Notes: generated by a model from the sequence alone, not told the origin. Shown: positions 20,407 through 34,305, numbered from the stretch's first letter. The stretch is 64,000 nt of DNA from Haliotis cracherodii (GCF_022045235.1 NW_027266264.1:24738001-24802000), one strand, 5' to 3'. Made by a program: numbers and translations.

Positions 20407-23400
20407 ATGGCGGCGGCTAGTGCCACTGTAGGCAACAACTACCAGTCATCGACTGGGTTGTTAATCGTAACCTATGTTGGTGACGTCACAAAGGCACAAG
20501 CAGATGGCATTGTTGTCAGCGAGGGGGAATCATTTCGGGGAATGGGATATGTTGCATCAACTCTTGTAAGTATGGACTTAGAATTCGACACGAATCGCAA
20601 CAACCTGATTCAGAAAGAAAAAGCCAATTTCACACCATGGAGGGTGTACACAACTGGGAGTTGCATCAAGTTCGTATCGGTGTTTCATGCTATTGTCATA
20701 CCCCGGGGAGAGAAAGAACCAATCCAGGAGTGGAAGGGGAAAATGGCCTCATTATACAAGAAAATACTCCAAGAAGCTGAGAAGGAGGGTACCTCTATCC
20801 TGGCGGTACCTTTACTAGGGTCTGGTAAGACATTAATCTGAAAAGTACAATGTAAAGGGATGTGGTGATATGTTTCAATATGTTTATTCTAAATGACCGT
20901 CTCGATCAATGACCGACATGTCACGTCTCCATATTTGTGAAATTTGGTCTTGTTCAGCATTTAAATATCCCCAAATATGCTCGTCTAAAGTCTAAAGTGT
21001 TTAGGGTAAATATTACAGACAAAACCCTTTCCTTAATCTTAAGAAAAATATCTTTTAAAAGATTAATTATTGTTCGATTTCGACTGTATCATAAGCATGT
21101 GTTGAAGATGGATCACTGTCAAAGGTGCTCCTAAAAGTTTAAATGATCTGTCCCTAGAAGCTAAAGTTCACCACGCCAGTCATGCATCTGTATACATTTG
21201 TAGGAAAGGTGATTGCGCTTTCCATTTTAGGTTGCACTTCATGTATTGTGCGGGGGCACGCGTGGCCCAGTTGCCTAAGGCGCCGCAATTCGTTGTGCAG
21301 AGTTGCGTCCCTTGGATACCCCAGCAATATGATTGTGGGTTCGAATCCCGGATCGCCCCGGTGATGTTTCTAATTTTGTCCGCACCATACCTGTGCTCGT
21401 GGGTTTCACCGGAGTGGTAAACGTCTGAGGCCTGCATCACTTCGGGCTTTCCTCACACATTAAGCTGACACTCCGCGATATACCTGGAATACTGCTAAAA
21501 GCTGCGTTAAACCCAACATACCCACTCATGTTTTGTGCAGCCAACTTACTAAATCAACTAGGTTTGTTTTTCTTTCTAAAACCAATAACTATGACTTTGG
21601 ATGCGAATGTAACTGTACATGCATTTTATGGGCAACAGTATGAGAGCAGCAACACTCAGAATTGGAGATATTTGTGATGTTTATTTGTTTGTTTGTTGTT
21701 AACGCCACACTCAGCACTATTCCAGCTATGTGACGGAGGTCTGTAAATATCGCTTCTGGACCAGACAATCCAGCGCTTGACGTCATGAGCATCGATCCAC
21801 ACAGTTGGGATACGGTGACGTGCATCAACCAAGTCAGCCAGCCTGACCACATCGTTCCTGTTAGTCGTCTCATACCACAAGCATAATCGCCTTTTACGGC
21901 GATGTGATGTACACGTTTTTTAAAAAAGTAAACTTTTATTTTTAACTAAAGCCAAAACCGCTGATTTTTTCTAATCGTTTATTCAGGTAAAGGCAAGGTA
22001 AAACCAGCAGACGCTGTTGAGGTGGCAGTCCGTGCTATGTTCTCTTATAAGAGAAAGTCTCTCGTCAAGGTACTGCTCGTGTCAGATAGAGAGGACATTG
22101 TGGACCAGCTGGCTACTCAGTGTGCCTACAACAGCAGTGTGAAAGGTGGACAACCCCTTTTGTCAAACACTAAAACAGGACGCCAGCTTCCTCGACCCTC
22201 ATCTTCAATCGCAAAATCAAAATCAAGACTTGGTGGAGGGACCGATAGCAGTTGTTCAAGCCTGAAGAGACAGAATGGAGACAGATCAGATTCCTGCAGA
22301 AACAGCGATAACGATGGCACATGTGGCGGTGGAATGGTGCTCCGTAGTGGACGACAACTACCGCCACGCCCTCAAAGTAAGGGTCAGCCATCATGTCCCA
22401 AAGGATATGGTATAGGAAAGATAACTACCACGAACAGAAATCCATCATCTGGCGGTAGACCCGACTCAAGAGCAAGCCACAGTGGCAGTGGGAACAGTCA
22501 GGTCGAACGTGAGTATAGTCACAGAGAAAGAAGAACATTGTATGACCAGGATGTCCAGAAGGAGAATCTGAAGACGAGACCAGAGAGAACACTGGGCGGT
22601 GGGAACAGTCATGTCGAAACTGGGGACAGCCACACAGAGAGAATAACATTGTATGACCAGGATGTCCAGGAGGAGAATCTGAAGACGAGACCAGAGAGAA
22701 CACTGGGCGGTGGGAACAGTCATGTCGGAACTGGGGACAGCCACAGAGAGAGAATAACATTGTATGACCAGGATGTCCAGGAGGAGAATCTGAAGACGAG
22801 ACCAGAGAGAACACTGGGCGGTGGGAACAGTCATGTCGAAACTGGGGACAGCCACAGAGAGAGAAGAACATTGTATGACCAGGATGTCCAGAAGGAGAAT
22901 CTGAAGACGAGACCAGAGAGAACACTGGGCGGTGGGAACAGTCATGTCGGAAGTGGGGACAGCCACAGAGAGAGAATAACATTGTATGACCAGGATGTCC
23001 AGGAGGAGAATCTGAAGACGAGACCAGAGAGAACACTGGGCGGTAGGAACAGTCATGTCGGAAGTGAGCACAGTCACAGAGAGAGAAGAACATTGTATGA
23101 CCAGGATGTCCAGAAGGAGAATCTGAAGACGAGACCAGAGAGAACACTGGGCGGTGGGAACAGTCATGTCGGAAGTGGGGACAGCCACAGAGAGAGAATA
23201 ACATTGTATGACCAGGATGTCCAGGAGGAGAATCTGAAGACGAGACCAGAGAGAACACTGGGCGGTGGGAACAGTCATGTCGAAAGTGAGCACAGTCACA
23301 GAGAGAGAAGAACATTGTATGACCAGGATGTCCAGAAGGAGAATCTGAAGACGAGACCAGAGAGAACACTGGGCGGTGGGAACAGTCATGTCGGAAGTGG

Positions 23401-26168
23401 GGACAGCCACAGAGAGAGAATAACATTGTATGACCAGGATGTCCAGGAGGAGAATCTGAAGACGAGACCAGAGAGAACACTGGGCGGTGGGAACAGTCAT
23501 GTCGAAAGTGAGCACAGTCACAGAGAGAGAAGAACATTGTATGACCAGGATGTCCAGAAGGAGAATCTGAAGACGAGACCAGAGAGAACACTGGGCGGTG
23601 GGAACAGTCATGTCGGAAGTGGGGACAGCCACAGAGAGAGAATAACATTGTATGACCAGGATGTCCAGGAGGAGAATCTGAAGACGAGACCAGAGAGAAC
23701 ACTGGGCGGTGGGAACAGTCATGTCGAAAGTGAGCACAGTCACAGAGAGAGAAGAACATTGTATGACCAGGATGTCCAGAAGGAGAATCTGAAGACGAGA
23801 CCAGAGAGAACACTGGGCGGTGGGAACAGTCATGTCGAAAGTGAGCACAGTCACAGAGAGAGAAGAACATTGTATGACCAGGATGTCCAGAAGGAGAATC
23901 TGAAGACGAGACCAGAGAGAACACTGGGCGGTGGGAACAGTCATGTCGGAAGTGGGGACAGCCACAGAGAGAGAATAACATTGTATGACCAGGATGTCCA
24001 GGAGGAGAATCTGAAGACGAGACCAGAGAGAACACTGGGCGGTAGGAACAGTCATGTCGAAAGTGAGCACAGTCACAGAGAGAGAAGAACATTGTATGAC
24101 CAGGATGTCCAGAAGGAGAATCTGAAGACGAGACCAGAGAGAACACTGGGCGGTGGGAACAGTCATGTCGAACGTGAGTATAGTCACAGAGAAAGAAGAA
24201 CATTGTATGACCAGGATGTCCAGAAGGAAAATCTGAAGACGAGACCAGAGAGAACACTGGGCGGTGGGAACAGTCATGTCGGAAGTGGGGACAGCCACAG
24301 AGAGAGAATAACATTGTATGACCAGGATGTCCAGGAGGAGAATCTGAAGACGAGACCAGAGAGAACACTGGGCGGTAGGAACAGTCATGTCGAAAGTGAG
24401 CACAGTCACAGAGAGAGAAGAACATTGTATGACCAGGATGTCCAGAAGGAGAATCTGAAGACGAGACCAGAGAGAACACTGGGCGGTGGGAACAGTCATG
24501 TCGGAAGTGGGGACAGCCACAGAGAGAGAATAACATTGTATGACCAGGATGTCCAGGAGGAGAATCTGAAGACGAGACCAGAGAGAACACTGGGCGGTGG
24601 GAACAGTCATGTCGAAAGTGAGCACAGTCACAGAGAGAGAAGAACATTGTATGACCAGGATGTCCAGAAGGAGAATCTGAAGACGAGACCAGAGAGAACA
24701 CTGGGCGGTGGGAACAGTCATGTCGGAAGTGGGGACAGCCACAGAGAGAGAATAACATTGTATGACCAGGATGTCCAGGAGGAGAATCTGAAGACGAGAC
24801 CAGAGAGAACACTGGGCGGTGGGAACAGTCATGTCGAAAGTGAGCACAGTCACAGAGAGAGAAGAACATTGTATGACCAGGATGTCCAGAAGGAGAATCT
24901 GAAGACGAGACCAGAGAGAACACTGGGCGGTGGGAACAGTCATGTCGGAAGTGGGGACAGCCACAGAGAGAGAATAACATTGTATGACCAGGATGTCCAG
25001 GAGGAGAATCTGAAGACGAGACCAGAGAGAACACTGGGCGGTGGGAACAGTCATGTCGAAAGTGAGCACAGTCACAGAGAGAGAAGAACATTGTATGACC
25101 AGGATGTCCAGAAGGAGAATCTGAAGACGAGACCAGAGAGAACACTGGGCGGTGGGAACAGTCATGTCGAAAGTGAGCACAGTCACAGAGAGAGAAGAAC
25201 ATTGTATGACCAGGATGTCCAGAAGGAGAATCTGAAGACGAGACCAGAGAGAACACTGGGCGGTGGGAACAGTCATGTCGGAAGTGGGGACAGCCACAGA
25301 GAGAGAATAACATTGTATGACCAGGATGTCCAGGAGGAGAATCTGAAGACGAGACCAGAGAGAACACTGGGCGGTAGGAACAGTCATGTCGAAAGTGAGC
25401 ACAGTCACAGAGAGAGAAGAACATTGTATGACCAGGATGTCCAGAAGGAGAATCTGAAGACGAGACCAGAGAGAACACTGGGCGGTGGGAACAGTCATGT
25501 CGAACGTGAGTATAGTCACAGAGAAAGAAGAACATTGTATGACCAGGATGTCCAGAAGGAAAATCTGAAGACGAGACCAGAGAGAACACTGGGCGGTGGG
25601 AACAGTCATGTCGGAAGTGGGGACAGCCACAGAGAGAGAATAACATTGTATGACCAGGATGTCCAGGAGGAGAATCTGAAGACGAGACCAGAGAGAACAC
25701 TGGGCAGTGGGAACAGTCATGTCGAAAGTGAGCACAGTCACAGAGAGAGAAGAACATTGTATGACCAGGATGTCCAGAAGGAGAATCTGAAGACGAGACC
25801 AGAGAGAACACTGGGCGGTGGGAACAGTCATGTCGAAAGTGGGGACAGCCACAGAGAGAGAACATTGTATGACCAGTGTGACGCCCAGGAGGAGGAACAT
25901 GATCTGAAGACGAGACCAGGGAGAACACGGAACAGTGAACTGAAGAGGGACAATAGGCAAGCTGGTAAGGCGTATTACGAGACTGAAATGGGTGGACATG
26001 ATGAACCAATAGCACTGCAACACCGCTGTGTTATCAGTGGCGAGGTCATACCAAAGATAAAAAACAAGGCACAACATAACGATAAGGATGGTGATGAGAA
26101 TGTGGTGAAACAAAAGAGACTTGCTCCTCAAAAACGTATTTATGAAGAGGAAGATGATGATGAAATTA

Positions 26169-26208
<40 letters not shown>

Positions 26209-26710
26209 GGAGGAGGAGGAGGACACATCAGAACAAGAAAATACTGGGAGACATGTTGGTGGTAGAATAGAAAACATGGAACAACCTAAAAGAGAACTTG
26301 CAACAACCTCAACTGAGAGTGCGACAGGTGCGATATTTTACACATTTATCAAACGTTTCTTTTAATTAGAAAGATAACGTGTCATTAAATGTTCATACAT
26401 AATATGTTAATACACATTTGTTTCAGTTTCTGCTCACATACCTCGACCATCATCCCCAGAGGATGAAATGAAGGAACAACTCTCCTGCCCGGTGTGTTTA
26501 GATCTGTTCACTGACCCGGTCATACTGCAGCCCTGTTGCCACTCTTTGTGCAGTGAGTGTGCGGAAACCATCCGATCCCCAAAAAGCTCCTTCAAATGTC
26601 CTATGTGTCTGGCTGTTGTCCAGAATGGCCCACTTCAGAGGAATTTTCACTTGGAAGGCACGGTGAGTATCTACAAACGACAGCGGAAGATAAGCAACAG
26701 TATGAACTAG
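20407..26710 (+). CDS. Gene B: macrodomain - about 31 x 37-aa tandem repeat - poly-D/E - TRIM-like RING-HC, 1680 aa, 3 coding exons (20407-20824, 21987-26327, 26427-26710)
   Basis: Same splice sites and phases as gene A (TCTG|GTAAGA at 20824; ATTCAG|GT at 21987; ACAG|GTGCGA at 26327; TTTCAG|TT at 26427). The 4.3-kb exon 2 is open (ORF 22022-26365). RING reads CPVCLDLFTDPVILQPCCHSLCSEC...CPMC. Confidence 0.85.
22499..25930 (+). repeat. Coding minisatellite, 111 bp (37 aa) x about 31, in gene B exon 2
   Basis: TTGTATGACCAG recurs every 111 bp from 22538 to 25865; unit HV(E/G)S(EH/GD)SHRER(R/I)TLYDQDVQ(K/E)ENLKTRPERTLGGGNS. Confidence 0.98.
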
Positions 26711-28610
26711 TGTTGGCAAATGTTGGTTTGACTGGAAAGGTTATAAGATAAGACTTAATAGGAATAGGCGTGGATTGGAATGAATTTCAGTCGACACATA
26801 CAAATACTACAATGGTGTGTCATATACTTGATATACGAATACAATAATACTTGTTCATTATTTTACATTGAGTAAAGACGCCTGTCTACATATTAAACAT
26901 ATATTTGTGTGTTTGTATATGTGAATTATGTAAACTGCCGGGTAAAAGAAAGTTTATAAAAATGAATTTGACCAAAGAATTACAAAATCAAAACGTTACT
27001 AGGCTGAAAGCAGTGTCCGAAACACTGCAAACCTAAGGTCGAAAACACAAATATGATACCCGTATATAGAAAAACAACAACATCACCATCGAATAAGCAA
27101 TTCTTGCTTGTTTTATTTTTAGCCACCATCAAACATGGGTGTATACTTTCTTTTGTCTGCTAGTATATATTGGTTGGTTACATTAGCTTGTGTACTTCAA
27201 TAACGCAATAGTAATGCAAAGCAACACTGCAGAATACAGATTACAGAGCACACTTTGAATAATGTGAATGCAGTGTTGCTTTTGATTAATTATATTTACA
27301 TGACTTTATTTAAGACACTGTATACCAGTATATGGTTACTTTTATCATATAATGGGCAGGTTTCTCGCCAGGAAATGTCAACGAATAAAAACGATATCCA
27401 GATAGAGATGCAAATATCAAAGGTCAAGCAGGGACTACTTTCTGTGTTTAGTAACAAACATGGCGATCGATTCAGAATTAACCATCGGGAATCTGGAGAA
27501 ACTACTGGGATAGTTGCTATCATTATCAAAAGAATAGTTTAATATACTGAAACTAAGTATAATTTTGACGTACCTAAGTTTTGGCAACTTTGGAGATATA
27601 CATTGCGAAACAATTTAGCGAGGACACTACATATATTGTCAAGCTAAGGCTCGCTAAATACAATGTTTATTCCTAATACAAGATATTTACACTCCCCAAA
27701 CACACTCGCGTGATAACCTCTATGTACCAAATTACCGTCAGTATAGTGACTTTTTCTATTCACTTTTCTGATTCTTGCTGCACATCATGTATAGACATCA
27801 TGCAACAACCAGGCATTGTTGGGAATATAGTGATCAGCATGTCCCTCTGTCCATCTAACTTTTAAGTTGTTTTAGATAGCCTAAGATGTAATAAGCATGT
27901 TTTTAATTAGATTTAACAAAACAAAACTTAGAGATGCTATTTATTATTTAACTTATATTCAACATTGTAAGTTGAACTTTATATCTGGTCATAAAGTACA
28001 CACATGACTCACAGCACTTTACACACGCTGTACATAAATTGATTAATGCTCATTTCAAAGTTCTCAAGCGAGCAGAATGTATTTTTTTCATCACTTTTTA
28101 GTACATTAAGAAAATGTTTGACGCGAGCTTCATTTAGTCTCAGTAAGTTATACATGTAGAACTTTCTCCAATGTACATCTGTATATCATTTGATTATTAA
28201 GGGCAGTGACCAGTTTTTCTGTCATCTGGGAGATCTCACATATCCTTGAGTGTTTAACCCATTGGTGTAACATGTAGCCTTTACTGCATTGATTGTTTAT
28301 ATTGTACATAAAGCGACGAACCCCTTTCCATGGTCATAAGAAATCTCTGTTGTGAACAGAGTCCATTGTGCGATCCCGAGCGTTTCATGGGCATGTGTTT
28401 GTCATAGTTCTAAAATCACTATAATTAATCCATACTTATAGTGGTCATATTTCAATAATGCGTTTTGTATTTTTCTCAATATTTTATCTTACAACTAAGC
28501 CAAACCTATATGTATTTCTGTAGATAATGTCAGTCAGTTGCCGTCCATGACTCTGGATACCTAACTCAGTCAGCTGGCACAGCTAGGGTTGTGCCCCAGG
28601 CTGTAACACG

Positions 28611-29130
28611 CATCTTCCGGAGGCAAGAGAGTTAACTGACTATAAAAGTCACGTTTCCATTCTTGCCGAACTGGGCTGGTATTATGGAGTTAGAATTTGG
28701 CTGGACTAACGAATCTGTGCATAGTCCAATCCAAATCCGGTTCGTAAAGTGTCATGCATATTTCGGTCGATTGCAGGACTTGCAAAGCGTGTGCACCGCC
28801 GACTCGTTGTCAACAGATATTTAACTAATCTTTTTCATGTTAACAATCATGGTGCTCACGTAATTTGATGCACTTCGCGATGTAAGACCCGTTTGATCAC
28901 AATATAGATCTTGATTATCGACCAGAACGTCTTGCCTTGGCGCCGCCATTTTCTTTGAAGCCAATGCAAGTGAAACGAGAGGTGGAATCTGATTAGCCCA
29001 TAGGGTAGGCCTAGAAGGGACGTAACTCCCACTGGTGGCGCTACGATCGACCGCAGGAATTCCAGCCTAGTTCGGCAAGGGTGGAAACTGGACTTTTGAA
29101 GTCAGTTAACTCTCTTGCCTCGGGAAGATG
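28611..29130. mobile_element. MITE (duplicate of 1209-1728)
   Basis: Same TIRs and TSD at offset 27402. Confidence 0.9.
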
Positions 29131-32100
29131 GTAACATGCTGTACATGGCCAGACGCACCATCAGTTTAATATCAGATAGGTAGGAATATAAAGGATATTA
29201 CGGTTTGAGTGCACTCCGTAACTATGGAAGAACTGCAATTTATACACCAGACATATGGCACATTTAGATCATAGCTTCAATATTAGGTGACTTACGCATT
29301 CTACAAAAGGCCTGAGTCCCTATATTTTATACGGACAATAACTTATATTTCATTTATTCTACCATAAAACAACTTGATTGTTAATTGTATGTGTGTATTT
29401 TTCGATATTAGTAGATTAGTTCACTTGTACATTAACTGTTGATACGCCAAGTGATAGAGACAACCGTACATAACATAGCATGAGAAAGAGTACATTGTGG
29501 TAAATACCCGCGGGTAATCTCACGTAAATACCGTCTCATGCAAATATTGTCTATCATTTGGTTAAGCATTTATTGCATTGAAATTATACAGTGCCGTATA
29601 GAATGCCGTAAATGTAAATGTTAACAGTTCCTGTATGAAATGCCTTAGTCAGAATAACATAAAATACTTCCCAGTCCTTTACTATACACAAATTGCTTTT
29701 TGTTCCGTATTTATTAGAACAATTTTGTTCAGAAGCGTTCCAAACAGTCGCTATCAATTCATGTATGGTTGTCAATTTTAAATTTAATGTTATAATTCAT
29801 TGACTGCATCTTTCTTGTAATGTATTATTGTTTGAATGTATTGCTCTATATGAAATTTCACTCTGCCATGAATAAAGACTTGAAGGGACTCAGCGGCCTT
29901 CTCTCTGTTTCAAGGTGATAGCCGAGTAATCAGCTCTACCAAGCTACTCTCCACTATCTTGGCCATTGTGATCTTAGCAACGATCCAACCAAACTACGTC
30001 ATGTTTATGAATCACTATAAATAATAGTGACACCAGCTGTTAGCATTCAGGTACAAACATGTAATAATGACATGCAGTGTGTATATGTCGCCAAAATACA
30101 TTTTGTAAACTAAATCATGCACATGGCATATATGCCCATACTTGTCCTTGACACAAATATTTAGTAATATGAAAACACAAAGTATTTTAAGCATGATAAT
30201 GAACATAAATAAGTTTTGTTTTTGAAATCTTCATCTTCATAATATGTAACATATTCAACCATTTCAAGTTCCTTTTGTAAATACGAATTTGCATATATAC
30301 AGGGATATGTGTCAATTACCCTTCACGCCAGCCGTCATATACTGGAATATTGCTGAGTGCGGCGTAAAACAACATACCAACCAACCCTTCACGCCAAACG
30401 CATTACCATATACGGGTCTTGTAAACAACAAAAAAGACGAATGCTCATTTCACAAATATGTACACAACACCTGTTCGAGCTGTAAAGAAATGTTAGGGGA
30501 GACGTACGAGGAATTTATTAAATATGACATATTACTTACCTTGTTGATGTGATGGCTGATGCTTTACCATACAATGACATTTACACGGAGATTTCGCAAC
30601 TCTTAACGCACTGCCACTAACTTTTTGAATGATAACTGGATGGAGGGTGCCGCCGGTTGAGCGGGGCATGCTGGTTCTTTTAAGAACACATGGTGTCACC
30701 ACTGATTTACAGTGATCATCTAAGATTTTTCATCACCATCGTGCTTTTCTACGCCCTTTAGAATCTGTTGCAGCAGATATTCGAGGCTGAATATTCTCTG
30801 GCGTTCTTTTAAAAGTTAATGATTATGTTTCTTAATTTAAAGATATCAATATAATGCATATGAAAGTTACTGTAGGTGCATTTGCTATATAGGTGTAGAA
30901 TCGAATAAATGTTGGCGTTTCTCGAATGATGGACACTTATAAGAATCTCGTCGTGTTCACAGTCGGTAGGTTATCTTTCTTCACGTCCGCCATGTGTATC
31001 CCATGTCTGCTGGTCTTTTGTACGCGTGACGGTTGTTTGTTTGCCACAATCTTGATTGGGATGCTTTTCTTCTTCACTGAGGTCACGCTGAAGGGGCCTG
31101 GTTTCGGTTCCACACATGGGTACAACGTGTGAAGCCCATTTAAGGTGTCTGAATATTGCTGTCCAGATATTGCTGGATTATTGCTGAAAGCGGCGTAAAA
31201 CCATACACATTCACTCTTCACTGTGGACGTCAAACCAAATTCAGGCATATCCAAATCCGAAGGAAAGAGGTATCCATGTGCAACATGGCCTTCGACCAGC
31301 ACTCTTGACAAGAGCCATATATGCCCGTGAATATTATTCTAATGCCTAGCTCAAAACGCAAGATTGTCTGGAAATATGGAAAACAAAAAGAGAAAATTGT
31401 GACTGAACTTTGTGTGAATGACATGTAGGTCTAACTAAGTTACTTCAAAGAAGACGCAGTTACCTGGAACATGTTGAAAGAATAAAAAACAGGTAATTTT
31501 CATACGTTTTTTAATTGTTGAAAGTTCATTGGGAATGACAAACATTGGGGTGGGCCTGGTAATGTTTAGGGTGAAAATGATATTTCATTATCATGACAAA
31601 AATGTTTAAAATCTCAAGTCTATAATTACACTAATTACAATTAGATTCCATTGAAGACGATAGCTGGGAACATTACTGACTGACAAAGTACTTCTAATGA
31701 GAACTCCATTAATTTTGAATACATTATGAAAGCACACAATTAATTAATTATTATATGACATCATTTTCTTAGCCACAAAATGTAAACACTACCTACATAT
31801 TCAATATCTCATTTCCTAGTCATATTATCAAGACTAACAAACAACTAAACTGTAATAAGGGTATTATACCCCGGGTCTTTTGCGATTTTTCTGAAAATTT
31901 GTTCTGTTATTTCGCAGCACGCACGTGGAGAATGGGAAATCATTGGAATCTTTCTATCAAACTTAAGATCGTTGAAATACTAGTATACACTGTTATATCG
32001 TGAAGACGAATTCCTAGCTCTGCATCCGCAGACACAATGCGTTATCTCTGGTTCATAGTTGATACAGTGAGTATTGTTGGATCAACGTGCCCTTGCTAGA

Positions 32101-33271
32101 AGGTTTATAGCAGATTGTGATGAACATTTTCACATGCTCCAGCTACGCACGAAGGGAGATCAAGCAAATACACCACCAAACCACAAAGACTAACAATAAT
32201 TCATAATCCAATGAAGGAAGGACTTTCTTTACATTCACAGAAACTATTTGAAAAAGATAATCATTGAGTTTTGATCACGTGGTTACAATACGGGTAATAC
32301 CTGACAGTCAGGTGACTGCGAGTGGTTATATTTAGAAGTGACAGCCGTCAATAGCGCTCATCTTCCCGAGGCAAGGGAGTTAATTGACTATAAAAGTCCA
32401 GTTTCCACCCTTGCCGAACTAGGCTGGTATTATGGAATAAGATTTTGGCTGGACTAACGAGTCTATGCTTAGTCCAATCAAAATCGCACCATGAAATCGA
32501 AATCCTGTTTTTGAACTGTCGGGCAGATTTCGGTCGATTGCAGGATTTGCAAAACATGGGCAACGCCAACTCGTTGTCAACAGATATTTTCTCAATCTTT
32601 TCATGTTTTTAATCAAGGTGCTCACATAATTTAATGCACTTCACGATGTAAGACCCGTTTTATAACAACATAAATCTTGATTATCGATCAGATCGTCTAG
32701 ACTGGGCGCCTCCATTTTGTTTGAAGCAAATGCAAGTGAAACGAGAGGTGAAATCTGATTGGTCCATAGGAGAGCCTTAGAAGGGACATAACTCTTAATA
32801 GCCACTGGAGGCGCTACGATCGAGCCCAGGAGTTCCAGCCTAGTTCGGCAAGGGTGGAAACTGGACTTTTAAAGTAGAGATGATTATGGAAATGGTTTTG
32901 TTTATCAGTAAGTGGCGGGGAGAAGGATACAGTTAATAATCAAGTTCATTTTTATTCTAACTGACAACCAGGATATTAAACTATGATTAGGAAGGGGAAC
33001 AATGGAGTAGGCTGGTAGGTGTTCATTATGACATCGAATTTCAAACGCAAGGAATATGACAAAATCTTGGCGTGTTCACATTGGATAGCTTATTTTTAAT
33101 CATTTATGTTCACCATGTGTGCTCCACGTTTGTACGCGTGGCGGTTCTTAGTTTGTTGTTCTAGATATTTGACGGTGGCCTGTAAACATCGAGTCGATCA
33201 GACAAATCAGCAGTTGATGTCATGAGCGACATCCAGCACGGTGTAGGGAATGATGACATGCAATAAACCAA

Positions 33272-33334
33272 GTCGCCGAGCCTGACAACTCGAACCATTC
33301 CTTTTACAAGCATCGGTTATTCCATCGGATCTCT

Positions 33335-33366
<32 letters not shown>

Positions 33367-33428
33367 CGCCTAGCCTGACCACTCGACCCATTCCTTTTAC
33401 AAGCATCGGTTATTCCATCGGATCTCAT

Positions 33429-33478
<50 letters not shown>

Positions 33479-33543
33479 CGCCGAGCCTGACCACTCGACC
33501 CATTCCTTTTACAAGCATCGGTTATTCCATCGGATCTCATGTG

Positions 33544-33587
<44 letters not shown>

Positions 33588-33652
33588 CGCCGAGCCTGAC
33601 CACTCGACCCATTCCTTTTACAAGCATCGGTTATTCCATCGGATCTCATGTG

Positions 33653-33693
<41 letters not shown>

Positions 33694-33853
33694 CGCCGAG
33701 CCTGACCACTCGACCCATTCCTTTTACAAGCATCGGTTATTCCATCGGATCTCATGTGGTAGTAGTAGTAGTAGTAGTCGCCGAGCCTGACCACTCGACC
33801 CATTCCTTTACAAGCATCGGTTATTCCATCGGAGCTCATGTAGTAGTAGTAGT
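33272..33853. repeat. Compound core plus (TAG)n repeat, 6 units
   Basis: Same unit as 5882-6202. Confidence 0.93.
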
Positions 33854-34021
33854 AAAGGTCGTGACAGTAGTAGTAGATGCAGCAGAACCAGTAGACATGG
33901 TTTCTGTTGTTGATCTTGACGCAATAGTAGAAGTAGTTTGAGTTAGTTTAATTAACGCTGATTTCAGCGACACTCAAGCCATGTCGGGGATTAATATGAG
34001 TTACATGTCGCAGCAGCGGGG

Positions 34022-34305
34022 GAGACCCGTGAAGATCCGGGTTAGAATAGGTCTTCAGCAACCCATGCTTGCCGTAAAAGGCGACTATGCTCGTAGTAAG
34101 AGGCGACTAATGGGATCGGGTGGTCAGGCTCGCTGACTTATTTGATACATGTCATCGTATCCCAATTGCGTGGATCGATGCTCATGATGTTAATCACTTA
34201 ATTGTCTGGTCCAGACTCAAATTTTTACAGACCACCGTCATATAGCTGGACTATTGCGGTGTATGGTGTTAAACAACAAACAAACAAACAAACAAACAAA
34301 CAAAA
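34022..34305 (+). mobile_element. SINE-like retroposon, family 3, (CAAA)n tail
   Basis: GACCCGTGAAGATCCGGGTTAGAATAGGTCTTCAGCAACCCATGCTTG...GTAAGAGGCGACTAA...GATTGTCTGGTCCAGAC...GTTAAACAACAAAC(AAAC)n; more than 10 copies in the window. Confidence 0.85.

Larger units (their letters stand above)
12027..27402 (+). repeat. Tandem segmental duplication unit 2 (contains gene B)
   Basis: Collinear with unit 1 throughout; longer mainly because of the coding VNTR. Confidence 0.95.

Noticed and set aside
22425-26131. Two very long antisense ORFs (1196 and 1221 aa, one Cys/His-rich)
   Set aside because: They result from a 111-bp unit that lacks stops in those frames. They end near the array edges, have no splice or domain context, and the + frame is the one continuous with the macro and RING exons.
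33272-33853. CRISPR-like repeat-spacer appearance (also the 56- and 59-bp arrays)
   Set aside because: The spacers are just (TAG)n or absent, there are no unique spacers and no cas genes, and the DNA is eukaryotic.
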